This document shows, one piece after another, positions 1 to 12,217 of a stretch of DNA of 64,000 bases. A program made the position numbers and the translations under genes. The notes under the pieces are model-generated. The model was not told where the DNA came from. It saw only the letters and a program-made list of their open reading frames with translations, and searched no databases. The number at the start of each line of letters is the position of its first letter. The first letter of the stretch is position 1. The stretch comes from Polymyxa betae A26-41 (Eukaryota > Protista > Endomyxa: Phytomyxea): positions 191-64,190 of the forward strand of contig RBZT01000954.1 of NCBI GenBank assembly GCA_003693705.1, read 5' to 3'.

Positions 1-59
1 CAGATTGTGCAGGTCTAAATTTCACGCATTTTTTCTTTCCACCACGTTCCACCACACTA

Positions 60-176
60 TAACAACAGACTATTAATTATAAGCCATAGAACGGATGTTG
101 GGAGCGCAAATTTGTATCAATTAATAAGAGATTATTAATTATAAGAACATTAGTTATAAGAAGAGAGTCTACAGTA
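60..176. mobile_element. Possible right end of a Tc1/mariner (pogo-like) element or MITE
   Basis: Repeated ATTATAAG/TTATAAG subterminal motifs end in GAGAGTCTACAGTA. This is one mismatch from the reverse complement of a TACAGTAGACTCTC-type terminus and ends in TA. The other end is not in the window. Confidence 0.35.
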
Positions 177-875
177 CTAATTTGTCGTGACGAAACCATT
201 GCAACCGCTAGATTTAGCTAGATCCGCTTGCCTGACCAGGCGAAACGTGCCCATGACGGAGAGTCAGCTCGTATGGGTGCCCATCGGTCCACCACAGGAT
301 CCGATCTCTCAAGACGACGGCGATGCAGCGATGGACGTCTCCGAGCTGGGTCTAGCTCTGACGACAGTGGCTTTGCATCCTACCACACCAGCGACTTCCA
401 GTCTTTGGGAGACGATAGCGAAGGCGGCGACAATGCTGCTATCTTCACTCTCCACGGTCGTCGTCCCTCTCGTGGAATAATGGAACGGCAGTTGGCGCGA
501 ACGCGGGTGAGATCGGTGCGGGCCGGAGCGCATATCCTCTACGGATCGACTCATGGACAAGTCTGGCCGTATACTCCTGGTCTGCATGAGTCATCCTGCA
601 ATAACGCCGCCCGACTTTGAAGGCGATATGATCCTTTTTTTTCTCATAAATAGAAGCGAATATAATTACCAAATTCTCGTTTCTGCACCAACTATGGCTT
701 TCTACTGGAGGTTTCCCATAAATACTACAGACCTCGGCGATCTCCTGCTTACAACATGAACGCTGAAGCAAAAATAGAATGCTGCTGTAATTTAACGACT
801 ATTGACTTTGTTGTATAATACATCTTTCTGTTAGTCAAGACTCTTTAGCCATTCCGAAAGCAAGCTACTGTAGAC

Positions 876-2240
876 TTATAAATAATAGTACGGTCGGGAG
901 AAGGGGTAGGTATCAATTATGAGGGGATTCGTGCTTATCGTCGACCTGTTGATCGGGGTCGGTTTGAGTAAACAACGAAACAGATCTATCTGGTGAACCA
1001 GCTCAAAACTGATCAGCTCTCTCATCATGAATTCAGCAGATCGGCTCGTGATCATTCGGTTCGAATTGCTGATATCGATGCAGACATAATTCGTCGGAAA
1101 TACCCACAGAACCACAACGATAGATATCACAATCAAACAGCAGGTCAACATCGTCATAACTATAACGCAAGAATATAGCTGAGAAGATTTGCAGAATGTC
1201 TGCGATAAATCCCATTAGCATGGAGAAGCCAGATCTGCTCGAGTTCATGCAGGATAAATGCAACATTGGAACCATAGATCTGTTCACTTACCCAATCGAA
1301 CAGTTGAGGATACCTCTAATCATCAATCACGCCATTCAATTTCGATTTCAAAATATGTTGTAGCCATTGTGCAATGGATTCAAAATGTATTCCCTTTTGT
1401 GAATGCTCTGAACAACAGTGCACAACACTTGTATTAAGAGAATATATAAAGATTGATTCGACTGTAGTCTTAATCGTTGCAAGTTGCAACTAGGATTAAG
1501 ATTGTCAAAACGACAATGAGAATGGTATTGCACTGGCAGAAATGGCTGGATTTTAATACATTCTGTTGGATCTGATTTCTCCAGGTCGTTCCAATGATCT
1601 TGTACTGTTATGAAGCTTGATAAATTCAGGATCCTGGTCCTCATCAGACTCGCCATATTCTGCACTGGAATCACTTCCAATTGAGTCTTCATTTGCTTCG
1701 GAACCGCTGGTTGATTGGCGAGGAATAGATCTTCCAGAGTCATCAGAATTTTGATTCCGAAACGATTGTTGGTAGATTTACTTTTGGCGACTATCGACAA
1801 TAATTGTATTGTCAGTGTTGCTGTGCAGGTTGATATCTACAAAGTCAGGATTCACGTTTAGATCTGATATATCTGCAGGATTGTCATCTGGCATTAAGCG
1901 ACCACTAACAGATTTTTTGTCGGGTAACAATCCTTCCCGATGATGTTCATTTTCATCGCCCTCTTCTCCAATAGTAAATACTGGTTTAGTATTGTCAGGA
2001 TGCTCAGATTCATGTGTTCGCTTAGAAGATTTCTTCAAGCTCCCTTCCTTTTCATCGTCCCATTCCTCTTCGTATAAATCGAGTTCGTGCATATCAATCT
2101 TTACATTCCAAATCTCTTCTTCCTCTTCAGGACTGAACAAAAGTGAGCGAGATGGAAGATTATTCAGTCAAGAAACAATAGTCAATAAACAAAACGGTGA
2201 AACCTGAACAATCCAATTTGGTTGATTACTCGTGAACATT
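876..2240 (-). pseudogene. Fragmented hypothetical gene with an acidic N-terminal region
   Basis: Overlapping minus-strand ORFs in shifting frames (1778-2140, 1348-1800, 1033-1287, 876-1157) have protein-like composition but contain internal stops and frameshifts. No family recognised. Confidence 0.3.
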
Positions 2241-2515
2241 ACGATAGGTTCTTCGTGCCTTGCAGCAGGACAGTGTAGCTCCCATATAAAGTCAGATCTA
2301 CGACTACAAGACTATGAAATAAAGGAATAGAGAGACAATAATATCAATGATATAGTGTGTACATAGCTGTATGATCCCCTGTTTAACAAACACCCTATCA
2401 CATTCTATATAACATCATTCATAATCATCTACATAACATTATTCATAATCAATACCATATCAATCCACTTCCTCATTAACTCGATAGACCAATTGATTTA
2501 TTAATTGGAGGTCTG

Positions 2516-3908
2516 TCACGACGATTCCGGTGGAGATCGTAACGTCTCTGAGATGGCCCATATTTCTAGAATATTGTTTTCTGATACGGAGGCTATGGTC
2601 CATGGGGAATCAGTAGACCAATCAAAGTCATTGATAGTAGCAGTATGGCCTCCATGAATGAACGCCAATTCAGGTGGACCTTCTGCTGCTTCGTCCACGG
2701 TTTGCGACGCTCCTTGCTGGGATAAATCCCAAATCATTACACGACGATTCGTCCCACTTGTAGCGACGACATCGCGTTTGAATGGAGCCCATGCAATCCT
2801 GGTCATATAAAACGGAGCCCGATTGCAACCTATTAAATGGTAAATATTTGTCGTGGAGGTAATGCAATAGCACCTGTCGAAACGAATGGCAAATTTTATG
2901 CTAGAAAGATAATAACGGACTGACCAAACAGAAAACGTAAAAATATTTGTTATTACCGTCATGCAACGAATGAATAGGACTATCTGGCCGACGAACGTCC
3001 CATATGTAGAGGATGCCATTGTCGCCACCACATGCTAAAACAGTTGAATCGAAAGGAGACCATTCTACAGCTGATCCTGCGCAAGGTAAAGGCAGAGACA
3101 GGCTACATTCTTCAGTTCTGTCGTCCCATACGAGGACAGTTTTATCATCGGATGCAGATGCAAGGCTGGACGGTTGTAGAGGACTATAATGTAGATCGGT
3201 TACGATAGCATCATGACCATTAAGACTAAGTACAGGTGGTACAAAACCAGTTATTGGATCAGGACAAGCCTGAACATCCCACGTATAGACTCCATTATCT
3301 GCAGAACCCGCTGCAACACGACCAGCTTGTAATGGCGACGATGTTAAGGCTGAAGCTTCAGTATTGAGTCCTCCCAATCCCACTAATCTCGAGCATTTTC
3401 GAAGTTCAGGTGGTACTACAGCACTCTGACGTCCTGGAATTTGGCCTGATGATAGAGCTCCAATATCATAAAGCGACACGATGGGATCGTCATCGCCGAT
3501 ACAAGCTGCAAGAGATCTTGCAATCCCACGAACTAATTGGATACGTCGAATATCGCTGCTTGAAGGCCATGCACTTAATGTTTTAATCTTGCCTGCAGTA
3601 TGAGTTACTGATGAATGAGCGCCAGTAATATCACGACGAACAGCAGGAGAATAGACAGGAGGCAGTTGCACTTCCATTAGTAATAAATGAGGTTGATCAG
3701 CGTTTGAGGTAGCAGCACCAATTAAACATTGAAGTGATTGAGGGGAGCTTGAGCCTCGTAGGAACTGTACTGAATTAGACGGCCAAATCAAGCCCTGATA
3801 CAGGACGACTTCGTAGAGAAAAGGAGCAGCAGCTCTCCATACTTTATACTGACGCCGAATAACATGGTCGGGAGGCGGTTGCTGGTGTAAAACTGGCGAT
3901 TGAGACAT
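2516..3908 (-). CDS. Histone-binding WD40 protein, RBBP4/MSI1/CAF-1 p48 family (spliced)
   Basis: N-terminal YKVWRAAAPFLYEVVLYQGLIWPS helix, WD repeats (GHDAIVTDLHYSP..LASASDDKTVLVWD), and the C-terminal signature AAEGPPELAFIHGGHTATINDFDW...WTIASVSENNILEIW. Intron(s) lie at about 2790-2957. Confidence 0.9.
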
Positions 3909-4222
3909 TCGATTTCAAGGTTTAATGGTCATGAAAACTTGAAAAAGCAATCACGATGAGTCTGCGCATTGGCTTCAGTGCAAATGAAGACATTTCATTT
4001 TTGGAAAGTGCGCACTGTGAAAAAATGAAACTTTCTGTTTTATTTGGACATTTTCTCCATTATTGAATACCAATTTGCAATTGTCACCGGCAGCAAACAA
4101 TTTATTGAAACGGAAGCGTCCAGTTTTTGAATACTATCAGCAGATGGTGCTGTCACTCACCCCTACACAATGCCATTTCTGGCGTTCTGGTTAGGCTCCA
4201 GAACTATCAGCAACATAGTTAT

Positions 4223-5982
4223 TTATTCATGTTCCTGTTTGCAGTAGGCTGACACAATTGCCTTCCTTATGTCAACAGCATCAATTTCTAGCGACTTTGA
4301 AAGCTCTAACAGGTCCTCAAGCCGCACGGATTCATGTATGGACTCATTGATATTATTATACCTCTGAAACAAGTTTGTTATAAATCAATAATATCCTGCC
4401 CACGAATTATACCTTGTTTACAAGAATACTGGAAATGTCATTAAGGTCCCTTATGTCTTCGTCTTGTGTTTGACCCAGGTCCCATTCCAAAACGCTATTG
4501 GCGTCTATCGTGTTTAGAAGTGGATGTTGTAATAACTGATCCGCTGTCCATCGATCATCCGGATTCGATTGTAGACAGCACGATACCAGATGACGGAATT
4601 CATCTGGGAAATAATCGGGGATATCGGGAATAGGCTGAGCTTGAATTTGCTGGATAATGCCAAAGAAGCCGTCCTCGGTCGAATATGGATGCCGCCCTAT
4701 TGCTGCATATACCAGCACAAGACCAGCAGCCCAAATATCAGCTGACATGCCATATTGACCTCCTTCTAGTCTCTCTGGGCTCATATACACCTGAGTCCCG
4801 ATAAACCCATCCAAATATGGTCTCGATGAACGAACAGTCTCGGAAATGCCAAAATCTGTCAACTTCAGACAGCCTCGTTTCGAAATGAGGACATTGCCAG
4901 GCTTGATATCTCGATGGACTAAATGTCTCTTGTGAATATAGGACAATCCAGTGAATATTTGCTTGGCGAAGTGCAAGACAATGGGTGCCGGTAATGGTCC
5001 ACATCTTTCCACACATGATTGAAGTGATCCTCGGTTCATGAACTCTAAAACTAACATTGCTCTACCTAGACCATGACAATCGTTATAAAGTTGGAGAGAA
5101 CCCAGCAAACATTGTCGATCTTTAAAATGCAAGAAAACACATGGACGTGACATTGATCTACCTTTATTATAATATGCACCATAAAACTGGACGATATTAT
5201 TGGCAGAGTACATGTCAGCAAATGTTGTGAGTTCCTTCACTAATTGCCTGAAAGACACGATCAAATAAGTTTCAAAAATCAATAAGAAGCGCCAAACAAT
5301 TGAACCTTCGCTTCTCTTGAGAATATACGTCGATAGATTTAAGCACATACAGACCAATCCGATCTAATCGAAGAGCTTTGATAACGGATGCAGATGCACC
5401 TTTCCCACCAGTTCCCAATAATTCAAAATCAGAGAATGACGTTGATACTGATTCTGTCAAGAAAGCTGATTGTCTCCCTTTGTGTACAGCAAACAGCATC
5501 TGACTTGGCGAAAGCGAATTTTGATCATTAAACAGTCCAGTCTGCCCGATACTAAATCCTTGAGTTCGAAATGTCGATGAGGTCATCATAAATGAATTTC
5601 TAGGCCTAACGGCTAATGAGCAGCGAAGCGCGGTCGACCTGGCATTTGAGCAGTTTGGAGAAGAGAGCGAGGGAGGGGAGATCTGTACTTGAAATCCAAG
5701 AGGTGACAATGGCGGTGACAGAGACAGAGCTGGCCGAGTAGATCCAGATCCTTGAAAGCCAATAACTGATGTCGATTTTCGTTGTGCATGGGGAAGAATG
5801 ATAGATCTGGCGCGAGGTGATATCGAGACCGATGTACCTCTAAAATGGGATGGTTGACGTGGTGAAGGCGGATACAGATCATCTTCTTCATTGTCGCTGT
5901 GGATTTTATAGCTTAAAGGCGTTGGTGGGATGTCTAAAGACTGACGATCCGACCGAGTTAACTGAATCAAGATTCGTGACAT
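4223..5982 (-). CDS. MAP kinase kinase (STE7/MEK family), multi-exon
   Basis: Kinase motifs GKGASASV, IVQFYGAYY, LVLEFMNRGSL, HRDIKPGNVL, KLTDFGIS, FIGTQVYMSPERL and ADIWAAG. Ser/Pro-rich N-terminus. The last exon ends ...YCKQEHE* at about 4223; the start codon is uncertain. Confidence 0.9.
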
Positions 5983-6105
5983 TTGGCAAATGGACGCGTG
6001 TCGTATCCGGTCTAATCTCCTTTGACGAGCAAAAAATCCAAGAAATTTTAGTGAAACAATAATCAGCAATAGAAATGATGTGAAAACTTCGAATAGAGAG
6101 CAGGC

Positions 6106-7230
6106 CTATCTTACTGTTGCAGCTGCAATCAATTCCTGATCTTGTGCGATCGCATCAATAGCCGATAATCCATAACGACGATCAATGCGCTTGAACACCA
6201 CAACAAATAGAATCATGGCACAAGTCAAAACGAGCATAGCAAACATAATAGCAAATATGGAAATCAGATGAGTCTTATGGACGGATTGTTTAACGACGGT
6301 GATGGTGATGGGCTTTGCTGTTTGGTTTTCCTCTGCTGAGTCTTGAGCGACAGATTTTACTGCAGTATCGACTTCATCCATCACACCGTCATGAGCGTTC
6401 ACTGACTTCGGTTCAGTCTCTACCATGCTTGTTTCATTTGCCATATTCGTATTAGCATGGGTCAATGAACATGCGGACGAGGTCACAGAATCAGGTCTTT
6501 GCGATAAACGCCTCGAATTGTTACAAGAATCATTGTGTGAGCAAACATGAGCAGATGCACATTTAGAAGACCTTGACTTAGAAACTTGGTCCTGGTTAAT
6601 GTCTTCAAGATTGTAGAAATTGTCCTCAAGTTTGGGTTCAATATCAATCTCTTTTTCGCCTAAATCTTGACAACCCATAAAATCTTCTTGAAGTGTGTCG
6701 AAGTCGTTTTCAACCTCAGAGTTCCCAGAGTTAGGAAGCCCGAAAGTACTGAACCCGTTGAAATCGATACTTGATGAGACCGAGAATGAGCCACTACGTG
6801 GACGGGAGCGTTCGGTTTCTAGACGTTCAACTCTGCTTTGAAGATCGCCAACTTCATCTCGAAGAGCACTAACTTTTTTCTTTAAATGAGCGTTTTGCTT
6901 GTGTAGCTCTAAGAAAGCGAGCAAGCAACAAGTCGCAATGTCATCACGATTATGTCTAGAACCAATTGTATCAAAGTCCCAGGTATTTGGAGGCAATGAC
7001 GTTATAAGCTCAAATGAATCATCCAATAAATCTTCAGAACTGATTGAATCACCATTAAAAACTGGAGAGTCGGGTTCTTCTTCCATCTCTTCCAATTTCA
7101 AACGGAATATCGCTGCCAAATTGTTCATTGACATGGACCGTACAGGGAACTTGAAACTTTTGGGCCTGAAACGGAGGGAGAAGGCAGCCTGTGCCATGAG
7201 TATGGTGGTGAGTACAATATACTGATACAT
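6106..7230 (-). CDS. Hypothetical coiled-coil protein with a C-terminal transmembrane helix
   Basis: 374-aa ORF with a coiled coil (LKKKVSALRDEVGDLQSRVERLETE), an acidic middle and a hydrophobic segment (LISIFAIMFAMLVLTCAMILFVVVF) near the C-terminus. Confidence 0.65.
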   Translation of the reverse strand: MYQYIVLTTILMAQAAFSLRFRPKSFKFPVRSMSMNNLAAIFRLKLEEMEEEPDSPVFNGDSISSEDLLDDSFELITSLPPNTWDFDTIGSRHNRDDIATCCLLAFLELHKQNAHLKKKVSALRDEVGDLQSRVERLETERSRPRSGSFSVSSSIDFNGFSTFGLPNSGNSEVENDFDTLQEDFMGCQDLGEKEIDIEPKLEDNFYNLEDINQDQVSKSRSSKCASAHVCSHNDSCNNSRRLSQRPDSVTSSACSLTHANTNMANETSMVETEPKSVNAHDGVMDEVDTAVKSVAQDSAEENQTAKPITITVVKQSVHKTHLISIFAIMFAMLVLTCAMILFVVVFKRIDRRYGLSAIDAIAQDQELIAAATVR

Positions 7231-7439
7231 GGCAATCTATCTCTGTATGATTAATATCATGCGTCTTTTGAGTGTACATCCTCAACGAACATACGGCGCT
7301 TTTTAATCCATTTCTAGAGACAGTACTGTACACGTGTCATGTCCAATTGCGTTCATGCGGGCCAGCACAGTACAAGTGTATTGTATCCACATGAGTGACA
7401 TCACCTGACCATTTCCCCTTATATTGATTATTTTAACTT

Positions 7440-9260
7440 GATAAATATTTATCTAATCTATGGGCCATCTCTGCCAGTTCACTTGTTCTGTATGCATTCT
7501 CACCGAGACATGTTTTTGTATTACGAATTATTCTGCAAGCTAAGCAGCATCGGCTCCAGCCAGGTAACTTGCATATCTTGGGACATTGACTCTCTTTCGC
7601 CGTTTAGAACGGCAACCAGAGCCGAAAGTAAAGACGGGCAAAAGAAGCGATCGGCTCGCTTCCGAATATCGCTACAGATAGAAGACATTTCAGAGGTTGA
7701 TTCCAACCTAGCGGTTTGTATCAACTTGGCAAGTTTAGAAAAGTCCCTTAGAACAGCGTCATGATTCAGATTTACATAATCATGGCGACGAAATTGCATC
7801 ATATAGGATGGTTCTGACAAATCTATACAAACTCAGTTTATCTTTACAGAAACGTAAATGAAAACCTTTTGGAACTGAGCAATTTGACGAAGCTAAAAAG
7901 TTGCAGCTAAATAAATCGGATTGAAGACTGGGCAGTACAGCTCCAGGTTCTAGCACGTCCAAGATTAGAGAGTTGGGGGCCATTCGTCGCAGAAGCCCCA
8001 GCCAGTTCCGCTTGGAATTTAACTCTACCTAAAAGATCCAATGAGGTTCATTTTATGGGCGCAACAAGAAAGTTTACAATAGCAACACGATCTGACAGAT
8101 GTAATGCCAATGCCAACTTCGTATAGGCGTCGGATGAGTCGACGCTGTACAGCGAATGTCGAGAAATAAGGGAATACGAGGCGAAACAATTTTGAATGAA
8201 GCCTTTAATAGGAAGATTACATTGCCACTCATATCCCGCATCCCAGGCGACAGTATTGGGATCAGGTTCAGCACGAACCGATAGCAAATTTTGAAGCCCA
8301 AGCCGTATGTATCCCTAAGATAATGTCAAAACAATCCTTCAAGAGTTATTGCTTACCGTATATACAGGGAATAAATCATCATAAAACTTGTCAATATGCG
8401 ATTTTACATTAGCATTTGGAAGCTCGACAAAACCTAGCAATACGATGAAATTCCTATAAAACGTAAATCAAGCAAACCTTACATAGATGTCCATTCCCAG
8501 AAGAAGCCAATCGATGATATGGGTTTTTTATGATGTCAGCATCATTTTGATTCCCAAGACAGACGACGTTTAGGTAAATCGAGTATCTACCGATGACTTG
8601 AGCTTCCCAATGAAAAATTTGCAACTTGCTTAAACAAACCCGAGACCTTTCTTGGACTTTCTGCACGAAAGCGCAAAAATTCTCCATCGCTAAATCTTCT
8701 AAAGCGTCTGGATCTGAAGCTTGAATAGGCCGAAATCGGCAATATTCCCAACCGTGTAAGAGTCTGCCATCAGTGAATAGTACCACTTGAATTTTAGTTC
8801 GCTGTGGAAAAGTGTATGCTAAATCATCGACTAGTTTCTCCAAAGCAGGACCTACCATTAGAAAAATGATTAAAGATACTGAAACATTGCTGATAAATTC
8901 CTAAACGATTTTACACAAATATTTTTACGGAACAGTAGAAAACTCCAACGAGAACCGAAACTGTAAATCTCTTTAACAACGACATGATGAAGTACCTAAT
9001 GGCCCTCTTTCATGAAGCGACATCTGATAGATTCGCCGCCTAATGGCTGAATGATCATCAGTGAATGGGACCGAACACTGAGTTTCATGGGCGCTGAACT
9101 CGTAAAGAGTAACCAGGCCACGATCGGGCAGTTTCTTCAGCAGATGCAAAATCATGAGCTGCATGATGTCCTTCCGACTACGTTCATGACGCTGCTGGCT
9201 ATCTGGATCTGTGGCCAACAACAGAGATAGAGATGCTGATACAAACAAAACGGTTGGCAT
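7440..9260 (-). CDS. INTS14: Integrator complex subunit 14 (VWA9)-like, multi-exon
   Basis: Starts MPTVLFVSASLSL (compare INTS14 MPTVVVMDVSLSM). Also has VPFTDDHSAI, the vWA strand QVVLFTDGRL, and a C-terminal helical block (DAVLRDFSKLAK...IRKRADRFFCPSLLSALVAVLNGE) matching the INTS14 C-terminus. The 3' end is approximate. Confidence 0.75.
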
Positions 9261-9912
9261 AACGAGTGCGCATTGAATATCATCAGAACAGTTTACTGAT
9301 CTCAATACTTCTCTTCTGATCTTGTGTGTGAATAAAATAACAATCAATAATGTCCTTAAAAGTTTGTTGTCTAACGTTGGCGTTTTACTAAGAGATTATT
9401 TGACTGACTCATGTCATGGCTTGAATGTGATGCAAAGGCAGCTGGAACCTTGACCTGCTTAATGAGGTATATTTGGGTTGGGTTGAACTGGATTGCAATA
9501 GGATTATTTGTCATCTTGTCGACATTACCGCTACTTTCATATGATAACGCATATGAAGGATCTTAGCAACGCCCCTCAAGCTATGATAGCTGATTGAAGC
9601 AAACACGTTTCTGGAAATAAAAATTCAATAATAGAGAGCTACAAATATGCCAGATTCATTTTGCCAATTGACATTCAAGAATAATGAGTGAGATAAATCA
9701 TGGCAACACTAAACTTACATTCTGCATTCAATCACACTGCGGACAAATGTCCCAACTAACAGTAGATGAATAGCGCAACCCACCAAACTCAACTTGAAAG
9801 GGCTGCGGACCCCTGTCGCTTTAGTCATCGTCTTCCATCTCTTTTGTATAGTTGGGCAATCATTTGTCCATCGCTATTAGCGTCTTCCCGGATGTATGGC
9901 GATCAGCATCGG

Positions 9913-11295
9913 ATGGCGTCGTCTTCTTCAATTGCTTTCGTCGCTCGGTTCGCCCGGGCTCTAAAAGAACTGAACACAGCCTCGAAACCGCAAATATCTT
10001 CCCTGACCATGATCGCCGGCGACGAACCTCATTTGTCACCTCAGATTGTCGATATGTTATCTGATGAACTCCTCAGGGTACTAAAATATAACTTAATCAC
10101 ACCATTGTATTATCAAAACTTCGTTTTTGTGCTCCTTAAGCGCTGTGGGCCATTAACGAAGTTTTGCAGTGAAACAGTAATCGACTGGATTAGTGGATAG
10201 CTCTGAAGATCACAATAATAGCCAATCCATTACTTCATTATGTTTTTTGGCTCATAGCGCTCTTGGAATGGATGCAAAACTTGGACAGATTGATGCTTTT
10301 TGTTTGTTGCTGATTTATTTATTTGTAGCGGCCCCCAACTGATCGCCTTCCTGTCCTCTACCTAATGGATTCCATCGTGAAGAACATTGGCGGTCATTTC
10401 GTATCTCTATTCGCTCCTCGCCTGCCTCTCCTGGTTTTATCTACCTTCGACGAAGTCCCTCCCCGTCATCCCATTCAAAACTCTATAATAAGATTGGTGG
10501 ATTCATGGCGCCAGGCTCGTTCTTTTCCGCCCGAAGTGGTGTTTGATATCAAGAGAAAACTTCTGGAGCCGCCTCCTCCTAAGGCTCCTATCATGCATGT
10601 ACCTTCACATAGTCTCCCGCCACCAATCAAGCATATACAGCCGCCTCCTACCAAACGAGTTCGTCATATGCCACCATCAGCTCCTCAAGCTATAGCCCCA
10701 GCTCCAGTTATTCATCAGATATCTGCACCTCCTCCAGAGCCAATTACACAATCTCCTGATTTCTCAAGTGAATCTTTAAGGCAACCTCCTGCTGCGGCTG
10801 TAGCCGCTCTATACACTGCACTTCCATTGCAATGCGAATATTGTGCCCTGAGGATTGCCAACAAGGCAGATATGGCTGAGCATTTGGACTGGCACTTCAA
10901 AGAAAATCGCGAGGCGAAGCTGAGAGAAAAGTCTTCAAGATCACAGCACTGGTTTATGTCTTTAGAGGATTGGATTAAATGCTCAGGTGAAGATGAACGC
11001 GAGGCGCCTCCTTCTTTCTTTGACCAGGAGTTGGCGGCACAGGAAGCTGCCAGTACTTCCAAAAAGGGGTCAGAAACGGTTTGTCGCTGTGTACGTGAAT
11101 TCTTCTCGCTTTATTGATAACATCCAGGTTGCCAGCGTTAAAGCAGACGATTCAAGGGCAAACTGTGCCAAATGTGGCGAGCCTTTCGAGAAATTCTGGG
11201 ACGACAACACAGAAGACTGGATGTTCAAAGAAGCAGTTGAAATACTCGAAGGATCCCCGTTTGTGCATTATTCTTGTTTAGATGAAAACAGATAA
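9913..11295 (+). CDS. PCF11: Pre-mRNA cleavage/termination factor PCF11 (CID plus zinc fingers)
   Basis: CID motifs ALKELNTASKPQISSLTMIA and LPVLYLMDSIVKNIGG. C2H2 finger CEYCALR...HLDWHF..N, Clp1-binding SQHWFMSLEDWI, and second finger CAKCGEPFEKFWD..EDWMFKEAV...HYSC. Introns at about 10078-10329 and 11079-11128. Confidence 0.92.
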
Positions 11296-11462
11296 AAGTG
11301 TATTTATAAATTTCTTTGAACACATACTATAATTTGGCATTACAGCAGTGATCATGTGATTATCCAGCAGAAATGATGAACTGATGGTAAGTAAGCGTTT
11401 TTAATCCGAGATCTTACACGGATCCCTTAATCATCAAAATATAGCACAGGATTGTGCAGAGC

Positions 11463-12117
11463 ATGAGTAAAACCCCCACTCGTCGACTTAGTGGTCAGGA
11501 TCGCCTGTGCCTGATTACTGTTGGGACAACAAAGTTTGACGCTCTGATCGAGGCCATTGATGCCAACTGCGATGCTGTCCTGGAAGCGCTTCGTAAGCGC
11601 GGCTTATGTCGTCTTCAGATTCAGATCGGACGCGGCTCTGTATTCCCACAGCGACTCTTAGATACTGCAGCCAAATCGGGGTCGGTTTTTCATCAGATTC
11701 TTTGTTTACAAGACATTTCAGAAATTCATTTAACAAAACCTTTTTTCCACTGCGTTGCCAGATTTAAAGAGTTTCTGCAGGTTTCATGTTGAAGTATCAG
11801 ACTTTATTGACGGTATTGATGAAGTAATTGGGACATGTGGGTTGATCGTAAGCCATGCAGGAGCCGGTACCATTTTGGAAGCACTTCGCGCCCAAAAACC
11901 ACTTATTGTGGTCGTGAATACAACACTTATGGACAATCACCAGGTGGAATTGGCAACTCACTTAGCTGAGAACCAGCATCTTTATGCGACAACTGTCAAT
12001 AACATCATTGATGCTCTGGACAAAGCTGATCTGAAATTTCTCCGACCTTTGCCTACATCTAATGCTCATACATTCGCCCGTCATTTTGACTCAGCTATGG
12101 GGTTTTCTGATCCATAG
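11463..12117 (+). CDS. ALG13: UDP-GlcNAc transferase subunit ALG13
   Basis: Motifs ITVGTTKFDALI, LQIQIGRG, LIVSHAGAGTILEAL and PLIVVVNTTLMDNHQVELA. One intron at about 11680-11780. Confidence 0.95.
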
Positions 12118-12217
12118 CATAGCATCGATAATTAAAATCCAGATCCATAACTTGCGCATTATGCTTTATTACTACTTACAGTATGAGATGCAGAAATGGG
12201 TATGAGATAATGACTGA

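Noticed and set aside
187-620. Overlapping GC-rich ORFs near the window start
   Set aside because: No recognisable domain, and multiple open frames are expected in a GC-rich patch.
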